DNA of 64,000 nucleotides, from contig CAMVJD010000007.1 in assembly GCA_947167715.1 (NCBI GenBank), forward strand, positions 12,881 through 76,880. Direction: 5' to 3'. This document shows, in pieces, positions 63,464 to 64,000 of this stretch. Origin of the DNA: an uncultured Eubacteriaceae bacterium. GTDB taxonomy: Bacteria; Bacillota; Clostridia; Lachnospirales; CAG-274. The number at the start of each line of letters is the position of its first letter. Positions within the stretch are counted from its first letter, which is position 1. The notes under the pieces are model-generated. The model did no database searches and was not told the DNA's origin. It saw only the letters and a list, made by a program, of their open reading frames with translations. The position numbers and the translations under genes are program-made.

Positions 63464-64000
63464 TATGCGTACACCTCCTCGATAAGCTCTACCGCAGCCT
63501 GTGTCATAACAAGTGTGTCGTACTTGATGATATCGTAAACATTGATAGTGTTAGCGTAGGTTACCTTACCCTCGTTTTCTACCTTTCTTACGATAGCTGT
63601 CTTAACACCTGCAAGGTTTCTTGCGGATAATGTAGCATTCTTGTTGATATCGTCAAGAACTACAAGTGAGTTTTCTGCGCTTAAATTCTTTAATGCAGCT
63701 GCCATTTCCTTTGTCTTGGGCTCGTCAAAACGAAGAGCGTCAACAACAACGAACTTGCCCTCATTTAACTTTGTAGTTAAAGCGGACTTCATTGCAAGCT
63801 GCTTTACCTTCTTATTTAATTTGAAGGAATAATCTCTGGGCTTGGGAGCAAATACAACGCCGCCGCCTGTCCACTGAGGTGAACGGATGGAGCCCTGTCT
63901 TGCACGGCCTGTACCCTTCTGTCTCCAGGGCTTTCTGCCGCCGCCGCGAACCTCTGCGCGTGTTAAGGCGCTCTGTGTGCCCTGTCTTTTATTTGCAAGG
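63463..64000 (-). CDS. rplD: 50S ribosomal protein L4 (5-prime end lies beyond the right window edge)
   Basis: The frame stays open to position 64000. Hand translation upstream of the ORF-track Met reads ...[39 protein letters not shown]... It ends ..IEEVYA, overlapping the rplW start. Confidence 0.9.
   Translation of the reverse strand, partial: LANKRQGTQSALTRAEVRGGGRKPWRQKGTGRARQGSIRSPQWTGGGVVFAPKPRDYSFKLNKKVKQLAMKSALTTKLNEGKFVVVDALRFDEPKTKEMAAALKNLSAENSLVVLDDINKNATLSARNLAGVKTAIVRKVENEGKVTYANTINVYDIIKYDTLVMTQAAVELIEEVYA

Overview
Core chromosomal region of a Clostridia-type Firmicute. This is judged from SLH, cohesin-like and copper-amine-oxidase 'stalk' wall-protein domains, and from the tmk-holB-ricT-yabB-rsmI and S10/spc gene orders. 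GC looks moderate by eye.

Layout:
- 1-6.5 kb, + strand: a translationally coupled operon. A beta-propeller/Y_Y_Y/HD-GYP membrane sensor is followed by folC-folE-(HD hydrolase)-folP.
- 6.6-20.4 kb: secreted and wall proteins, a resolvase-derived HTH protein, a DRE-TIM aldolase, tRNA-Pro, a NodB deacetylase, a YkuD L,D-transpeptidase, a double GT2, azlCD and a metallophosphoesterase.
- 20.5-51.6 kb: an almost unbroken minus-strand housekeeping run. It holds lepA, rsmI, yabB-like MTase, ricT, holB, tmk, recX, murG, ispF, purD/N/M and murC, interleaved with large surface-protein genes.
- 52.1-64.0 kb: the ribosomal S10/spc cluster (rplD ... rpmJ, with secY-adk-map-infA) on the minus strand.

No prophage, transposase, CRISPR array or recognisable defence genes were seen.

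Most notable items:
1. A self-contained three-gene operon (HPr-kinase-like P-loop protein, PqqD-like RRE, SipW-like Ser/His peptidase) with no visible substrate gene or other RiPP machinery.
2. An unannotated 33-aa hydrophobic ORF convergent with a promoter-plus-terminator sRNA unit, which looks like a type I toxin-antitoxin or an azlCD leader.
3. A dense DnaA-box cluster with an adjacent AT-rich tract, sited just after rpmJ where the r-protein cluster breaks off.
4. A dispersed MITE/REP-like repeat family, plus arrays of unique perfect hairpins.
5. Structured insertions that expand two r-protein intercistronic spacers.

All calls come from reading translations and motifs by eye. No database search was possible.
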